Positions 19,393-28,498 of a stretch of 64,000 nucleotides of DNA are shown one piece after another; the stretch's first letter is position 1; the number at the start of each line of letters is the position of its first letter. This stretch comes from Chloroflexota bacterium (lineage in GTDB: Bacteria; Chloroflexota; Dehalococcoidia; GIF9; UBA5629), in contig VGOP01000008.1 in the NCBI GenBank assembly GCA_016875875.1, positions 19,834 through 83,833 of the forward strand, given 5' to 3'. Under the pieces are notes generated by a model, which saw only the letters and a program-made list of their open reading frames with translations, did not search any database and was not told the origin of the DNA. The position numbers were made by a program, and so were the translations under genes.

Positions 19393-20001
19393 ATGCTAGA
19401 AGCTCTTTTAGGGTCAAAGCTAAGGTCAAAAGTGCTGGGCTGGTTATTCACTCATCCCGATGAGCGCTATTTTGTTCGTCAGCTCACTAGCTTAGTGAAG
19501 GAAGATTCGACCAATGTGAGCCGTGAATTGGCTCGCCTGGAGAAGGCCGGTATTCTTGTTTCGACTACAGAGGGGAAACAAAAGTATTATCAGGCAAATC
19601 GGCAAAGCCCCCTTTTTAATGAGCTGCATGGATTGATGCTTAAGACTGTGGGTATGGCAGATATTATTAAGAAGGCTTTGGAGCCCCGCATTGCAGATAT
19701 TAAGCTGGCGTTTATTTTCGGCTCAGTAGCCAAGAGAGCCGAGAATAGGTTCAGTGACATAGACCTGCTCGTTGTGGGAAATATCACCTTTGGTGAAGTA
19801 GTTGACCTTATTACAACTGCAGAAGGGACTTTGAACCGTGAATTGAACCCCGTGGTCTATGCATTGGCAGAGTTCAATAAGAGATTGTCAGAAAACCATT
19901 ACTTTGTCAGTGATATACTATCAGGCGATAAAATATTCATAGTCGGGGATGAAAATGAGCTTCAGTCTCTGGTTGGGAAAAGGCTGGTTAAAGGAACATA
20001 A
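19393..20001 (+). CDS. wHTH + minimal nucleotidyltransferase protein (MntA-like antitoxin/AMPylase of a HEPN-MNT pair)
   Basis: N-terminal ArsR-like wHTH. C-terminal NTase motif GSVAKRAENRFSDIDLLVV (hG[GS]...DhDh). Confidence 0.6.
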   Translation: MLEALLGSKLRSKVLGWLFTHPDERYFVRQLTSLVKEDSTNVSRELARLEKAGILVSTTEGKQKYYQANRQSPLFNELHGLMLKTVGMADIIKKALEPRIADIKLAFIFGSVAKRAENRFSDIDLLVVGNITFGEVVDLITTAEGTLNRELNPVVYALAEFNKRLSENHYFVSDILSGDKIFIVGDENELQSLVGKRLVKGT

Positions 20002-20413
20002 GCCGACATCACGTGAAATTGCTGAGCTTCTGGCAGTAGCTGATCGCTCTCTGAAGGATTGTCAGATCGCTGGACTAAGCAGTGATGGCAAGCTGGATAT
20101 GGCACATAATGCTGCCCTGCAATCTTCTGCTGCAGCGCTAGCTGCTGCCGGGTATAGGGCAAGTCGAGAAGCTTACCACTACTATGTAATCCAGTCTCTT
20201 TCTATTACCCTTCAACTGGAAGAACGCATCATCCGCAGGCTTAATAAACTACGCCTTAAACGGAATATTAGCGACTACGAGCGCCCCGGTTTGGTTAGTG
20301 AGCAGGAAGCACAGGAGATGCTTGAACTGGCAAAACTAATACGCCAGAAAGTTGAGGAGTGGATACGAAATCACTATCCAGAACTCGCCAAGGAGCTTAA
20401 TGCCAGCGCATGA
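19949..20413 (+). CDS. HEPN-like helical protein (putative toxin partner), non-canonical motif
   Basis: 154 aa all-helical ORF overlapping the upstream gene. Has KRNISDYE where the canonical HEPN Rx4-6H motif sits, so the motif is degenerate. Confidence 0.4.
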   Translation: MKMSFSLWLGKGWLKEHKPTSREIAELLAVADRSLKDCQIAGLSSDGKLDMAHNAALQSSAAALAAAGYRASREAYHYYVIQSLSITLQLEERIIRRLNKLRLKRNISDYERPGLVSEQEAQEMLELAKLIRQKVEEWIRNHYPELAKELNASA

Positions 20414-20852
20414 CATCATAGATAACCGAAAAGAGACACTGGTTGACCACATCAACCGTATACTGAACTCCACGGAAGCGGCACGGTTTGCCGTCGGCTA
20501 TTTCTTTCTCTCCGGTCTCACCAGCATCGCCGGAAAGTTGAAAGGCATAAAGGAGCTGCGCCTGCTTATCGGCAACACCACCAATCGCGAGACACTGGAA
20601 CAACTGGCTGAAGGCTACCGACGGCTGGAACTGGTTAAAGACGCCGCCGAGGCTCAGGCGTACCCCAAGAAGGCTAAAGAGAAGCAGATGGCTGGGGAGA
20701 CTGCAGAAAATGTCCGCACCAGCATGGAGCTTATGGACCAGACCGATGAAGGGGAAAGCCTGGTAAGAGAGATGGTGCGGATGATAGAAGACAAGCGCCA
20801 CAGCAATATCAAAGTAATGCACAGCGCCGAACTTCTGGCAAGGTCCCTGTAA
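20400..20852 (+). pseudogene. truncated N-terminal fragment of a PLD-family nuclease / DEXD-helicase gene, fused in frame to the duplicated lut-gene tail
   Basis: N-terminus (ARFAVGYFFLSGLTSIAGKLKGIKELRLLIGNTTN) matches the PLDc_N_DEXD-type start of HKD-nuclease/helicase defence proteins. No HKD motif or helicase follows. The last 20 aa are the duplicated lut C-terminus. Confidence 0.45.
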
Positions 20853-20909
20853 GTAACGTGGTTGGGCCGCTTGATAGTGGGAGTTGGGCTAGGCGTCTAG
20901 TAAACAATC
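20789..20909. repeat. right copy of the direct duplication of the lut-gene 3' end
   Basis: See 19166-19264. Confidence 0.7.
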
Positions 20910-20963
20910 ATAACGGAATGTTTAATTCTTGACACCTGTGCCTAACTGACTTAAAGTTATAGT

Positions 20964-23900
20964 ATGACGCTTCAGACTATCCAGCAGTACTACACCAAAG
21001 TCGAAAAGCTCATTCAGTATGGTGGTTCGAGGAATGAGCGTGCCATACGTTCTGCTTTCCAAAACTTGTTGGAGCAATATTGCGCTGATAAGAACCTTCA
21101 GCTTATTCCTGAACTGGATTATAAAACCAAATACGGTACTACAGTCACGCCGGATGGTACGCTGAAAGACGCCTTGCGCCAAGACTGGGGTTATTGGGAG
21201 AGCAAAGACCAGTTTGATTTGCTCGATGAAGAAATTCAAAACAAACTCGATAAAGGCTATCCAACCACCAACATTCTCTTCGAGGATAGCCAGACCACTG
21301 TACTGATACAAAACGGGCAAGAGGTCGGACGTGTTGAAATCAACAATCCCGCTTCACTTCATGAGCTCTTGGTTCAGTTTGTCAGTTATGAACCTAAAGA
21401 GGTTCAGACATTCCGCCAGGCTATTGATAAATTCAAACAGGACTTGCCCGGTCTGCTCACAGAATTACGAGCTCTGATTGAAACTCAAGCACAGCAAAAC
21501 TCTGCTTTTGCCCAAGCCCGAAACGACTTCCTTGAACTCTGCCGTGAATCCATCAATCCCCATATTGTCCTGGCAGACGTCCGCGAAATGCTCATTCAGC
21601 ATATTTTGACTGAAGATATTTTTATCACCATCTTCAATAATGCCCAGTTTCACCGCGAAAACAACATTGCCCGCGAACTCTCGAAAATTATTCAAACCTT
21701 CCTTACAGGTTCAATCCGTCAGAACATTCTCAGCAAAATTGACCCCTACATTAAAGTCATTAAAGCCGCCGCTAGCAGCATCTATGACCACCATGAGAAA
21801 CAACGCTTCCTTAAAGTGGTATATGAGAACTTTTACAGGGCTTATAATCCCGCTGGGGCTGACCGCCTAGGCATTATCTATACACCCAACGAAATTGTCC
21901 GCTTCATGGTTGGAGCCGCAGATTACCTCACCTACAAACATTTTAACCGTGTTCTTGGCGATAAGGACGTTGAAATCCTTGATCCTGCTACCGGCACCGG
22001 CACATTCATTACGGAAATCATAGAATACCTGCCCAAGAACTGCTTGCAATACAAGTACGAGAACGAAATCCACTGCAACGAAGTAGCCATACTGCCTTAC
22101 TATATCGCCAACCTCAATATTGAATATACCTTTTTCCAAAAAATGGGCTTCTATTCGGAATTCAAAAATATCTGCTTTGTGGATACCCTGGACAATCTGG
22201 GCTTCATTTTTGATGAGAAGCAGTCGCATTTCCTTTCTATTAGCGCTGAGAACCTTGAGCGTATCAAGCAACAGAACCAGCGTAAGATTTCCGTCATTAT
22301 CGGTAACCCACCTTATAATGCCAACCAGCTTAATGAGAATGAAAACAACAAGAACCGACCGTATCCCCAAATTGATAAGAGGATTAAGGAAACCTACATC
22401 AAAAACAGCACCGCTCAGAAAACCAAACTTTACGATATGTACTCCCGCTTTATCCGCTGGGCTAGCGACAGGCTACCGCCAAATGGCGTCTTGGCTTTTA
22501 TTACAAATCGCTCTTTTATAAACGCCAGGACATACGATGGTTTCCGCAAGGTCGTATCTGACGAATTCTCCGACATCTACATTATTGACTTGGGTGGTGA
22601 TGTGAGAGCTAACCCGAAGCTTTCCGGTCCTAAGCATAATGTCTTTGCTATTCAGACAGGCGTTGCCATAACCTTTTTTGTTAAAAATGAACACGGAAAA
22701 GGCATTCCTTGTAATATCTTTTATACTCGCCGCCCAGAAATGGAAACAGCACGGGAAAAGCTTCAATTCCTTGCCACCACAAAGCTTAAAGATCTGTCTT
22801 TTGACCGCATCCACCCAGATAAAAACAATAATTGGATAAATCTAGCTCAAAACGAGTGGGATAATTTCTTACCTGTTGCCTACCAAGGCAATGCGAAGAT
22901 TATTAATCAAGAGTCAATCTTTATACGCTCTTGCCCTGGCGTAGTCACTGCTAGGGATGAATGGGTATATGACCTCAACGGAAAAACGCTGCTAGAAAAA
23001 ATTCTCTTCTTGATTTCAGTCTACAATGCAGACTTGAAGAAATATCAAGCATTAACTACTCAGACTTCTATTGACGATTTCGTTGACTATCAGATCAAGT
23101 GGAGTGCAGGACTGAAAACAAACCTATTGAATAACAAAGTCATCAAATTCAGCCGACATAAACTTGCCACATCAGCCTACCGGCCATTTGTAGACAAGAA
23201 ATATTACTTTGAGCCTTTACTAAGTGACAGGCTAACTCGGCATCATCTTGGCATTTTCGGAGGCTCCGCAGACAAGCCTAACATAATAATTTGCCTCTCA
23301 GGTTCATCTTCAAACAAGCCATTTCAGAGTTTGGTCTCTAATAAAGTGTGTTCTTTCGATTTTCTCGAGAAGACCCAGTGCCTTCCACTCCACCACTATG
23401 ATAAGCATGGCAACCGCCTTGACAATATCACAGATTGGGCATTACAGCAGTTTAGAGAGCATTGCAAAGATACCAAAATCACGAAAGAATCCATTTTTCT
23501 TTACGTCTACGCTGTCTTGCATCACCCCTTGTATAGAGAGAAGTATGCCATCAACCTGAAACGTGAATTACCGCGTATTCCTTTCTATGACAACTTCCAG
23601 CAATGGGAGAGCTGGGGGCGTCAGCTCATGGACTTACATATCAATTATGAAACTGCTAATCCTTACCCATTGCAGAGAATTGACCTGAAAGCGGATTCTT
23701 CAAAGCCACCTATCAAATCCAAGCCCCTCTTGAAAGCCGACAAATTTGCCAATTCAATCCGCCTTGATACCATTACCACCCTCAAAAACATTCCCCCCGA
23801 AGTCTGGGAATACAAACTCGGAAATCGTTCCGCGCTTGAGTGGATTCTTGAATATTACAAAGAACGCAAACCAAAAGATCCCACAATCCTCCAAAAATTC

Positions 23901-24032
23901 AATACCTACCGGTTTGCCGACTACAAAGACCAGGTAATTGATTTGCTGGCAAGAGTCTGCACTGTAAGTGTTAAGACGATGCAAATCATCGGAGAAATGG
24001 GCTCGATTTCAAACGGAGACCATTCTCAGTAA
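20964..24032 (+). CDS. single-chain Type IIG/IIL (MmeI-like) restriction-modification enzyme: PD-ExK nuclease + gamma-class N6-adenine MTase + TRD
   Basis: 1022 aa. N-terminal PD...(x12)WESK nuclease-like motif. MTase motif X (LGIIYTPNEIVRFMV), motif I (DPATGTGTF) and motif IV (IGNPPYNA). Long C-terminal target-recognition region. AT-richer than neighbours by eye. Confidence 0.6.
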   Translation: MTLQTIQQYYTKVEKLIQYGGSRNERAIRSAFQNLLEQYCADKNLQLIPELDYKTKYGTTVTPDGTLKDALRQDWGYWESKDQFDLLDEEIQNKLDKGYPTTNILFEDSQTTVLIQNGQEVGRVEINNPASLHELLVQFVSYEPKEVQTFRQAIDKFKQDLPGLLTELRALIETQAQQNSAFAQARNDFLELCRESINPHIVLADVREMLIQHILTEDIFITIFNNAQFHRENNIARELSKIIQTFLTGSIRQNILSKIDPYIKVIKAAASSIYDHHEKQRFLKVVYENFYRAYNPAGADRLGIIYTPNEIVRFMVGAADYLTYKHFNRVLGDKDVEILDPATGTGTFITEIIEYLPKNCLQYKYENEIHCNEVAILPYYIANLNIEYTFFQKMGFYSEFKNICFVDTLDNLGFIFDEKQSHFLSISAENLERIKQQNQRKISVIIGNPPYNANQLNENENNKNRPYPQIDKRIKETYIKNSTAQKTKLYDMYSRFIRWASDRLPPNGVLAFITNRSFINARTYDGFRKVVSDEFSDIYIIDLGGDVRANPKLSGPKHNVFAIQTGVAITFFVKNEHGKGIPCNIFYTRRPEMETAREKLQFLATTKLKDLSFDRIHPDKNNNWINLAQNEWDNFLPVAYQGNAKIINQESIFIRSCPGVVTARDEWVYDLNGKTLLEKILFLISVYNADLKKYQALTTQTSIDDFVDYQIKWSAGLKTNLLNNKVIKFSRHKLATSAYRPFVDKKYYFEPLLSDRLTRHHLGIFGGSADKPNIIICLSGSSSNKPFQSLVSNKVCSFDFLEKTQCLPLHHYDKHGNRLDNITDWALQQFREHCKDTKITKESIFLYVYAVLHHPLYREKYAINLKRELPRIPFYDNFQQWESWGRQLMDLHINYETANPYPLQRIDLKADSSKPPIKSKPLLKADKFANSIRLDTITTLKNIPPEVWEYKLGNRSALEWILEYYKERKPKDPTILQKFNTYRFADYKDQVIDLLARVCTVSVKTMQIIGEMGSISNGDHSQ

Positions 24033-24278
24033 TCAAACTACTCTGATGAGGCCTTCTAAATAGCTCTCTGGGTAATGCGCCGAGTCAGCGTTGCACGAAA
24101 CTGACAATTGTTACCTCGGTCAAAGTTAAGCAAACTGTGCGAGCTACAGACCAGTTATTCCTCGGTCATTGGGCCAGTTAGCCACCTTGACAGCAAGTGA
24201 GCTGGGATTTAACATAGCGACGGCATTTTATAGGTAATGCTGATTTACAGTTAGCACAGTTCGCAAAGGTGGTGAATT

Positions 24279-25049
24279 ATGCAGGAAATAGTAACCGACC
24301 TCAGGGCTGAGCAGAAAGCCCTTGACGATTTTCTGTCCACTCTTAAAGACGAGCAGTGGGACCTGCCAACCCCGGCAGAAGGATGGATGGTGAGAGACTG
24401 TGTCTCGCACATCGTGCACATTGATGAAGTCGCTACCGCGTTTCTTGGCGGTGATTATGCGGCACTGGATGAAGCGGCTAAGATTGGGATGGCTTTTAAT
24501 GAGACCGGCCCTAAGCGAGGGCGGACAATGAAGCCTTCGCAAATCCTGGAGTGGTGGAGGAATGTCAGAGAGACGGAGTGTGAGCATCTTATGAAAACCG
24601 ACCCTAAAGCGAGGATACCATGGTTCGGGCCGCCGATGGGAGCACGTGCCTTTGCCACGGCACGACTCATGGAAACATGGGCTCATGGCCTCGATTGCTA
24701 TGATGCTGCGGGTGTTGAACCTGTCGATACTGACCGCCTGCGGCATGTGGCCATGATTGCATACCTGGCGAGGCCTTTTGCCTATAGCGTGAACGGTTTA
24801 GAAATGCCGAATACTACCATTCGTATAGAACTGGTGCTGCCGTCCTCGCAAGCCTGGAGTCAGGGTCCTGAGGATGCTAAGGATATTATCCGTGGGACCG
24901 CCAGCGAATTTTGTCGTGTGGCAGTTCGGAGAAGGCATTGGAAAGATATGAAATTAGAGGTAATAGGTAGCGAGGCAAGACGCTTTATCGAGATAGTTCA
25001 GACGTACGCTGGCCCACCGGGCTCCGGCCGTAAGCCCAAAAAACAATGA
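24279..25049 (+). CDS. DinB/MDMPI_N-like (TIGR03084-type) protein
   Basis: 256 aa. N-terminal helical bundle with WMVRDCVSHIVHIDE, typical of mycothiol-maleylpyruvate-isomerase N-terminal/DinB_2 fold proteins. Confidence 0.4.
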   Translation: MQEIVTDLRAEQKALDDFLSTLKDEQWDLPTPAEGWMVRDCVSHIVHIDEVATAFLGGDYAALDEAAKIGMAFNETGPKRGRTMKPSQILEWWRNVRETECEHLMKTDPKARIPWFGPPMGARAFATARLMETWAHGLDCYDAAGVEPVDTDRLRHVAMIAYLARPFAYSVNGLEMPNTTIRIELVLPSSQAWSQGPEDAKDIIRGTASEFCRVAVRRRHWKDMKLEVIGSEARRFIEIVQTYAGPPGSGRKPKKQ

Positions 25050-25081
25050 ACCTAAATAATCGTGCTGCTACAATCTGGTGG

Positions 25082-25963
25082 TTACCTTAGGTGAACCTGG
25101 TTTAAGGTCTCTTTAGCTATTAGCTCACGATAGGCTAACATAAGGCGTTGGGTTAGTGTTCCTGGTTTTCCTGAGCCGATAGGCTTATTGTCCAGCCGGG
25201 TCAGGGGCATAATTTCAAGTACCGAGTTGGTTAAGAAGACTTCTCTGGCTGTGCGCAGCTCTCCCAGCTCGACGTGTTTCACAACCACCATGATTTCCAG
25301 TGATTTAGCTAATTCCAGCACGGCCTCTCTGGTGATACCAGGCAAGGCGCCGCTTTCTGTAGAAGGTGTAATCAGCATCTGGCAGCTTACCAGGAAGACA
25401 TTTGTGGTGATGCCTTCAGCGACAAAACTTCTTTCGTTAAGCAGCACCGCTTCGTCGGCACCGGCAGCCCTGGCTTCCTGCCGGGCCAAGACATTCTCCA
25501 GATAGCAGGTGGATTTGAGTCTGGAGAGCGGCGACTGGCTGTTGCGTCGATAGGATGACAGAATTGCCGTATAGCCTCGCTGGTAGCTTTTTGGTGGCAG
25601 TGGTACAAGTTTTCGGGCGACGATGAATACGGTGATGTCGCCGCAGGTATCCGGGTTAGGGGTTATATCACCTTCACCAGCCGTTACAGTAAGCCTGAGG
25701 CGGGCTTCAGCGAGGTTATTGGCTTTTAGAACGTCATGGCAAGCCTTCTCCAGGTCAAAAGTTTTTAGCTTGCGAGCTAGACCCAATGTCCTGGCGGCAT
25801 GGTGGAGCCTGGCTAGATGGCGGTCAAGGCGGAAAATGGAGCCACCGTAAGAGCGCATGGTCTCGAAGAGGCCGTAGCCATAAAGGAAACCGTGGTCGAA
25901 GGGCGATATATTGGCCTGAGAGCGGGGAACCAGTTCACCGTTTAGGTAAATAACTTCTTCCAA
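25082..25963 (-). CDS. pabC: aminodeoxychorismate lyase-like class IV aminotransferase
   Basis: 293 aa. Fold-type IV PLP enzyme motifs (FDHGFLYGYGLFET, ...E.R..G...). Adjacent pabA/pabB support the PabC role. Confidence 0.6.
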   Translation of the reverse strand: MEEVIYLNGELVPRSQANISPFDHGFLYGYGLFETMRSYGGSIFRLDRHLARLHHAARTLGLARKLKTFDLEKACHDVLKANNLAEARLRLTVTAGEGDITPNPDTCGDITVFIVARKLVPLPPKSYQRGYTAILSSYRRNSQSPLSRLKSTCYLENVLARQEARAAGADEAVLLNERSFVAEGITTNVFLVSCQMLITPSTESGALPGITREAVLELAKSLEIMVVVKHVELGELRTAREVFLTNSVLEIMPLTRLDNKPIGSGKPGTLTQRLMLAYRELIAKETLNQVHLR

Positions 25964-25984
25964 TTTTCACCCTCACCCTAACCC

Positions 25985-26200
25985 TCTCCCGTCAAGGGAG
26001 AGGGAATTGAGATTCTTCGACAGGCTCAGAATGAGCGGAGACAGGGCTCGCAATGACAGTTGGGTCGCTGGCAATGACAGAAAAGAAATGTAGGGACAGG
26101 TCTTTAGACCTGTCCGAAGTGGACAGACCTGAAGGTCTGTCCCTACGGGAGATTCTTCGCTTCGCTCAGAATGACAGAAAATGAAGGACTGGCAATGGCG
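25985..26200. repeat. intergenic cluster of hairpins and family-A repeat copies (nested palindromes)
   Basis: Hairpin ccctctccc-gtcaa-gggagaggg. Nested inverted repeats gtagggacaggtct...agacctgtcc / ggacagacct...aggtctgtccctac. Degenerate family-A copies at 26056-26094 and 26163-26193. Confidence 0.6.
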
Positions 26201-26263
26201 GGTGGTCATTAGTAAATGTTCTTTGTGCACCATGGTTGTTGACATTGTCTTACTAGGCTGAAT

Positions 26264-26902
26264 TTAGGGCCAGATAGGTTCGGTGAAGCGGAGGAAGTTA
26301 GCCAGCAGGTCATGTCCTGCTTCAGTGAGGATAGATTCAGGGTGTATTTGGGCTCCTTCGACTACGTAGTGTTTGTGTCTCACTCCCATTATCTCCCCTT
26401 CCTGAGTCCGGGCAGTGACCTTGAGGCAGGAAGGTAGCTCCTCCGGCTTGATAATCAATGAATGATAGCGGGCTGCGGGGAAGGGATTCTGTATGCCCTC
26501 GTAGATAGCTTGGCCATCATGATGGATAAGAGAAGTCTTACCGTGGACTGGTACCAAGGCTCGCCCCACAATACCGCCATAGACATGGCCAATGCATTGG
26601 TGCCCAAGACAGACACCGAAGATAGGGATTTTGCCGCCAAAGCGGAGTATGACATTGTTGGAAATGCCAGCCTCCAGTGGGGTACAGGGCCCGGGAGAAA
26701 TGACTATATGGCTGGGAGCCAGTTCCTCGATTTCAGCTAGAGTTATTTGGTCGTTGCGATAGACCTGCGGCTCCCAGCGCAATTCGCCCAGATATTGAGC
26801 CAGGTTGTAAACGAATGAATCGTAATTGTCAATGACTAGTATCATGGTATTGTTTGTTGTTGCGAATGGCAAAAGTTTCGAAGTAGCACTTGAGATTGCC
26901 AC
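26264..26902 (-). CDS. pabA: aminodeoxychorismate/anthranilate synthase component II (class I glutamine amidotransferase)
   Basis: 212 aa. ILVIDNYDSFVYNL start, GVCLGHQ catalytic Cys, and HPES His. Confidence 0.75.
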   Translation of the reverse strand: MAISSATSKLLPFATTNNTMILVIDNYDSFVYNLAQYLGELRWEPQVYRNDQITLAEIEELAPSHIVISPGPCTPLEAGISNNVILRFGGKIPIFGVCLGHQCIGHVYGGIVGRALVPVHGKTSLIHHDGQAIYEGIQNPFPAARYHSLIIKPEELPSCLKVTARTQEGEIMGVRHKHYVVEGAQIHPESILTEAGHDLLANFLRFTEPIWP

Positions 26903-26924
26903 GCTTCGCTCGCAATGACAGAAA
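26892..26924. repeat. 33-bp family-A repeat, inverted copy
   Basis: gagattgccacgcttcgctcgcaatgacagaaa is the exact reverse complement of 14162-14194. Confidence 0.7.
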
Positions 26925-26938
26925 GGGATTTGACAGTA

Positions 26939-28498
26939 TCATTTGGTCTCCACAGCCACCCTCGGTGCCAGCCGAAGCGCCTGAATCAGGGCCTTAGCCT
27001 TGTCCATAGTTTCCTGATATTCTGACTCGGCGTTGGAATCATAGATGATACCGCCACCGACCTGAAAGTAGGCTTTATTGCCTTTGATTATAAAGGTGCG
27101 GATGACTATGTTGAGGTCGAGATTATGGCCGAAGCTGAGATAACCGATGGCGCCGGTGTAGACACTTCTTCTCGTTGGCTCGAGTTCATCTATAATCTCC
27201 ATGGCCCGCACCTTAGGGGCACCGGTAATAGAACCGCCGGGAAAAGTGGCTTTCAGAAGGTCAAGGCGATTTTTATCGGGACGCAGCTTACCGACAACTG
27301 TAGAAGTTAAATGAAAGACGGTGGGAAAAGTCTCAAGTATAGCCAGCTCGGTAACTTTCACCGTGCCGTACTGGCAGACCCTGCCCAGGTCATTTCTCTC
27401 GAGGTCGACAATCATCACATTCTCGGCGCGGTCTTTGATGCTATTAAGCAGCTCTTGTGCCAGCATGGCGTCTTCAACCGGGTTTTTACCTCGTGGCTTA
27501 GTGCCCTTTATCGGGCGTGTCTCTACCCGGTCACCGTCTAGGCGAAGGAATCTCTCTGGAGAGGCACTGATGATGGTTACCCCATCGAAGTTCAGATAAC
27601 TGGCGAACGGGGCTGGGTTAATTTGTCTCAAGCGGCGGTAAAGTTCATAAGGAGGAACGGTCAAATCGGTCTCGAAGCGCTGGGAAAGATTGACCTGGAA
27701 GACATCACCGGCGGCGATATATTCCCTGACCCTGTTAACAGCCTCCATATAGGCTTCAGGAGTGAAATTGGACCTGAGCACAGCTTCGGTTGGGCTTTTG
27801 GCGCTTTGCAGATTGGTTTCTGGGACAGTGGGTAGAGATGAAGAAAGCCGGCCTTTCAGCTCCTCAAGGCGTAGCCTGGCTCTTTTTGTTCGGCGGTCTT
27901 CGTCGAGTTCTGGGAAGCCTGTTGAGACGATATAGGCTTTGCCCACAAGATTATCAAAGGCGAAAATTGTGTCATAGAAACCAAAATAACTCTCCGGTAA
28001 TTTCAGGTCGTCTATAGCTGTAGTGGGGAGTCGCTCGATGAAATGGCACAGGTCATAGCTGAGATAGCCAACAGCACCACCCCAAAAGGGGATAGTTGTC
28101 GGGACGTGGTCCAGTCTGTATGTATCGAGCAGCTTGCCCAGAATATCAAAGGGATTACCTTGTTTGATTTCCTGCTCGTCTCGCCGTATAAGCGTGACCT
28201 GATTGCCCCGGCTTCTTATTATCAGAAATGGGTCAGCGCCAATGAAGGAGTATCTTCCCAGCCTCTGAGGGTTCATGCCACTGTCCAGAAAGAAGCTGTG
28301 TAGCTCACCCTGGAACAGGCCAAAGGTTTCAGGGGGAGTTAGCGAAGCATGAATTTCCTCAATTAGCGGGTAACGGTTCATTCGCGTCATTATACATCTA
28401 GCAAGACTGGATTGAAATATCCATAGTTTACCAGGATTCTTGCTATTTTTATTCGGCATTGTATAGGAGTAACATTGACTTGACAACCAGTGCAGCAT
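26939..28498 (-). CDS. pabB: aminodeoxychorismate synthase component I (chorismate-binding enzyme)
   Basis: 519 aa. C-terminal chorismate-binding domain motifs (GGAVGYLSYD, PGGSITGAPK). Confidence 0.75.
   Translation of the reverse strand: MLHWLSSQCYSYTMPNKNSKNPGKLWIFQSSLARCIMTRMNRYPLIEEIHASLTPPETFGLFQGELHSFFLDSGMNPQRLGRYSFIGADPFLIIRSRGNQVTLIRRDEQEIKQGNPFDILGKLLDTYRLDHVPTTIPFWGGAVGYLSYDLCHFIERLPTTAIDDLKLPESYFGFYDTIFAFDNLVGKAYIVSTGFPELDEDRRTKRARLRLEELKGRLSSSLPTVPETNLQSAKSPTEAVLRSNFTPEAYMEAVNRVREYIAAGDVFQVNLSQRFETDLTVPPYELYRRLRQINPAPFASYLNFDGVTIISASPERFLRLDGDRVETRPIKGTKPRGKNPVEDAMLAQELLNSIKDRAENVMIVDLERNDLGRVCQYGTVKVTELAILETFPTVFHLTSTVVGKLRPDKNRLDLLKATFPGGSITGAPKVRAMEIIDELEPTRRSVYTGAIGYLSFGHNLDLNIVIRTFIIKGNKAYFQVGGGIIYDSNAESEYQETMDKAKALIQALRLAPRVAVETK

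Noticed and set aside
25973-26245. 90-aa ORF in the pabC-pabA intergenic region
   Set aside because: Lies entirely within the hairpin and repeat cluster. Its low-complexity translation (LSLSKNLNSLSL...) is produced by repeats, not coding signal.
14140-26930. CRISPR array
   Set aside because: Repeat copies are irregularly spaced and degenerate, occur in both orientations, and are separated by kilobases of genes. No cas genes are present.
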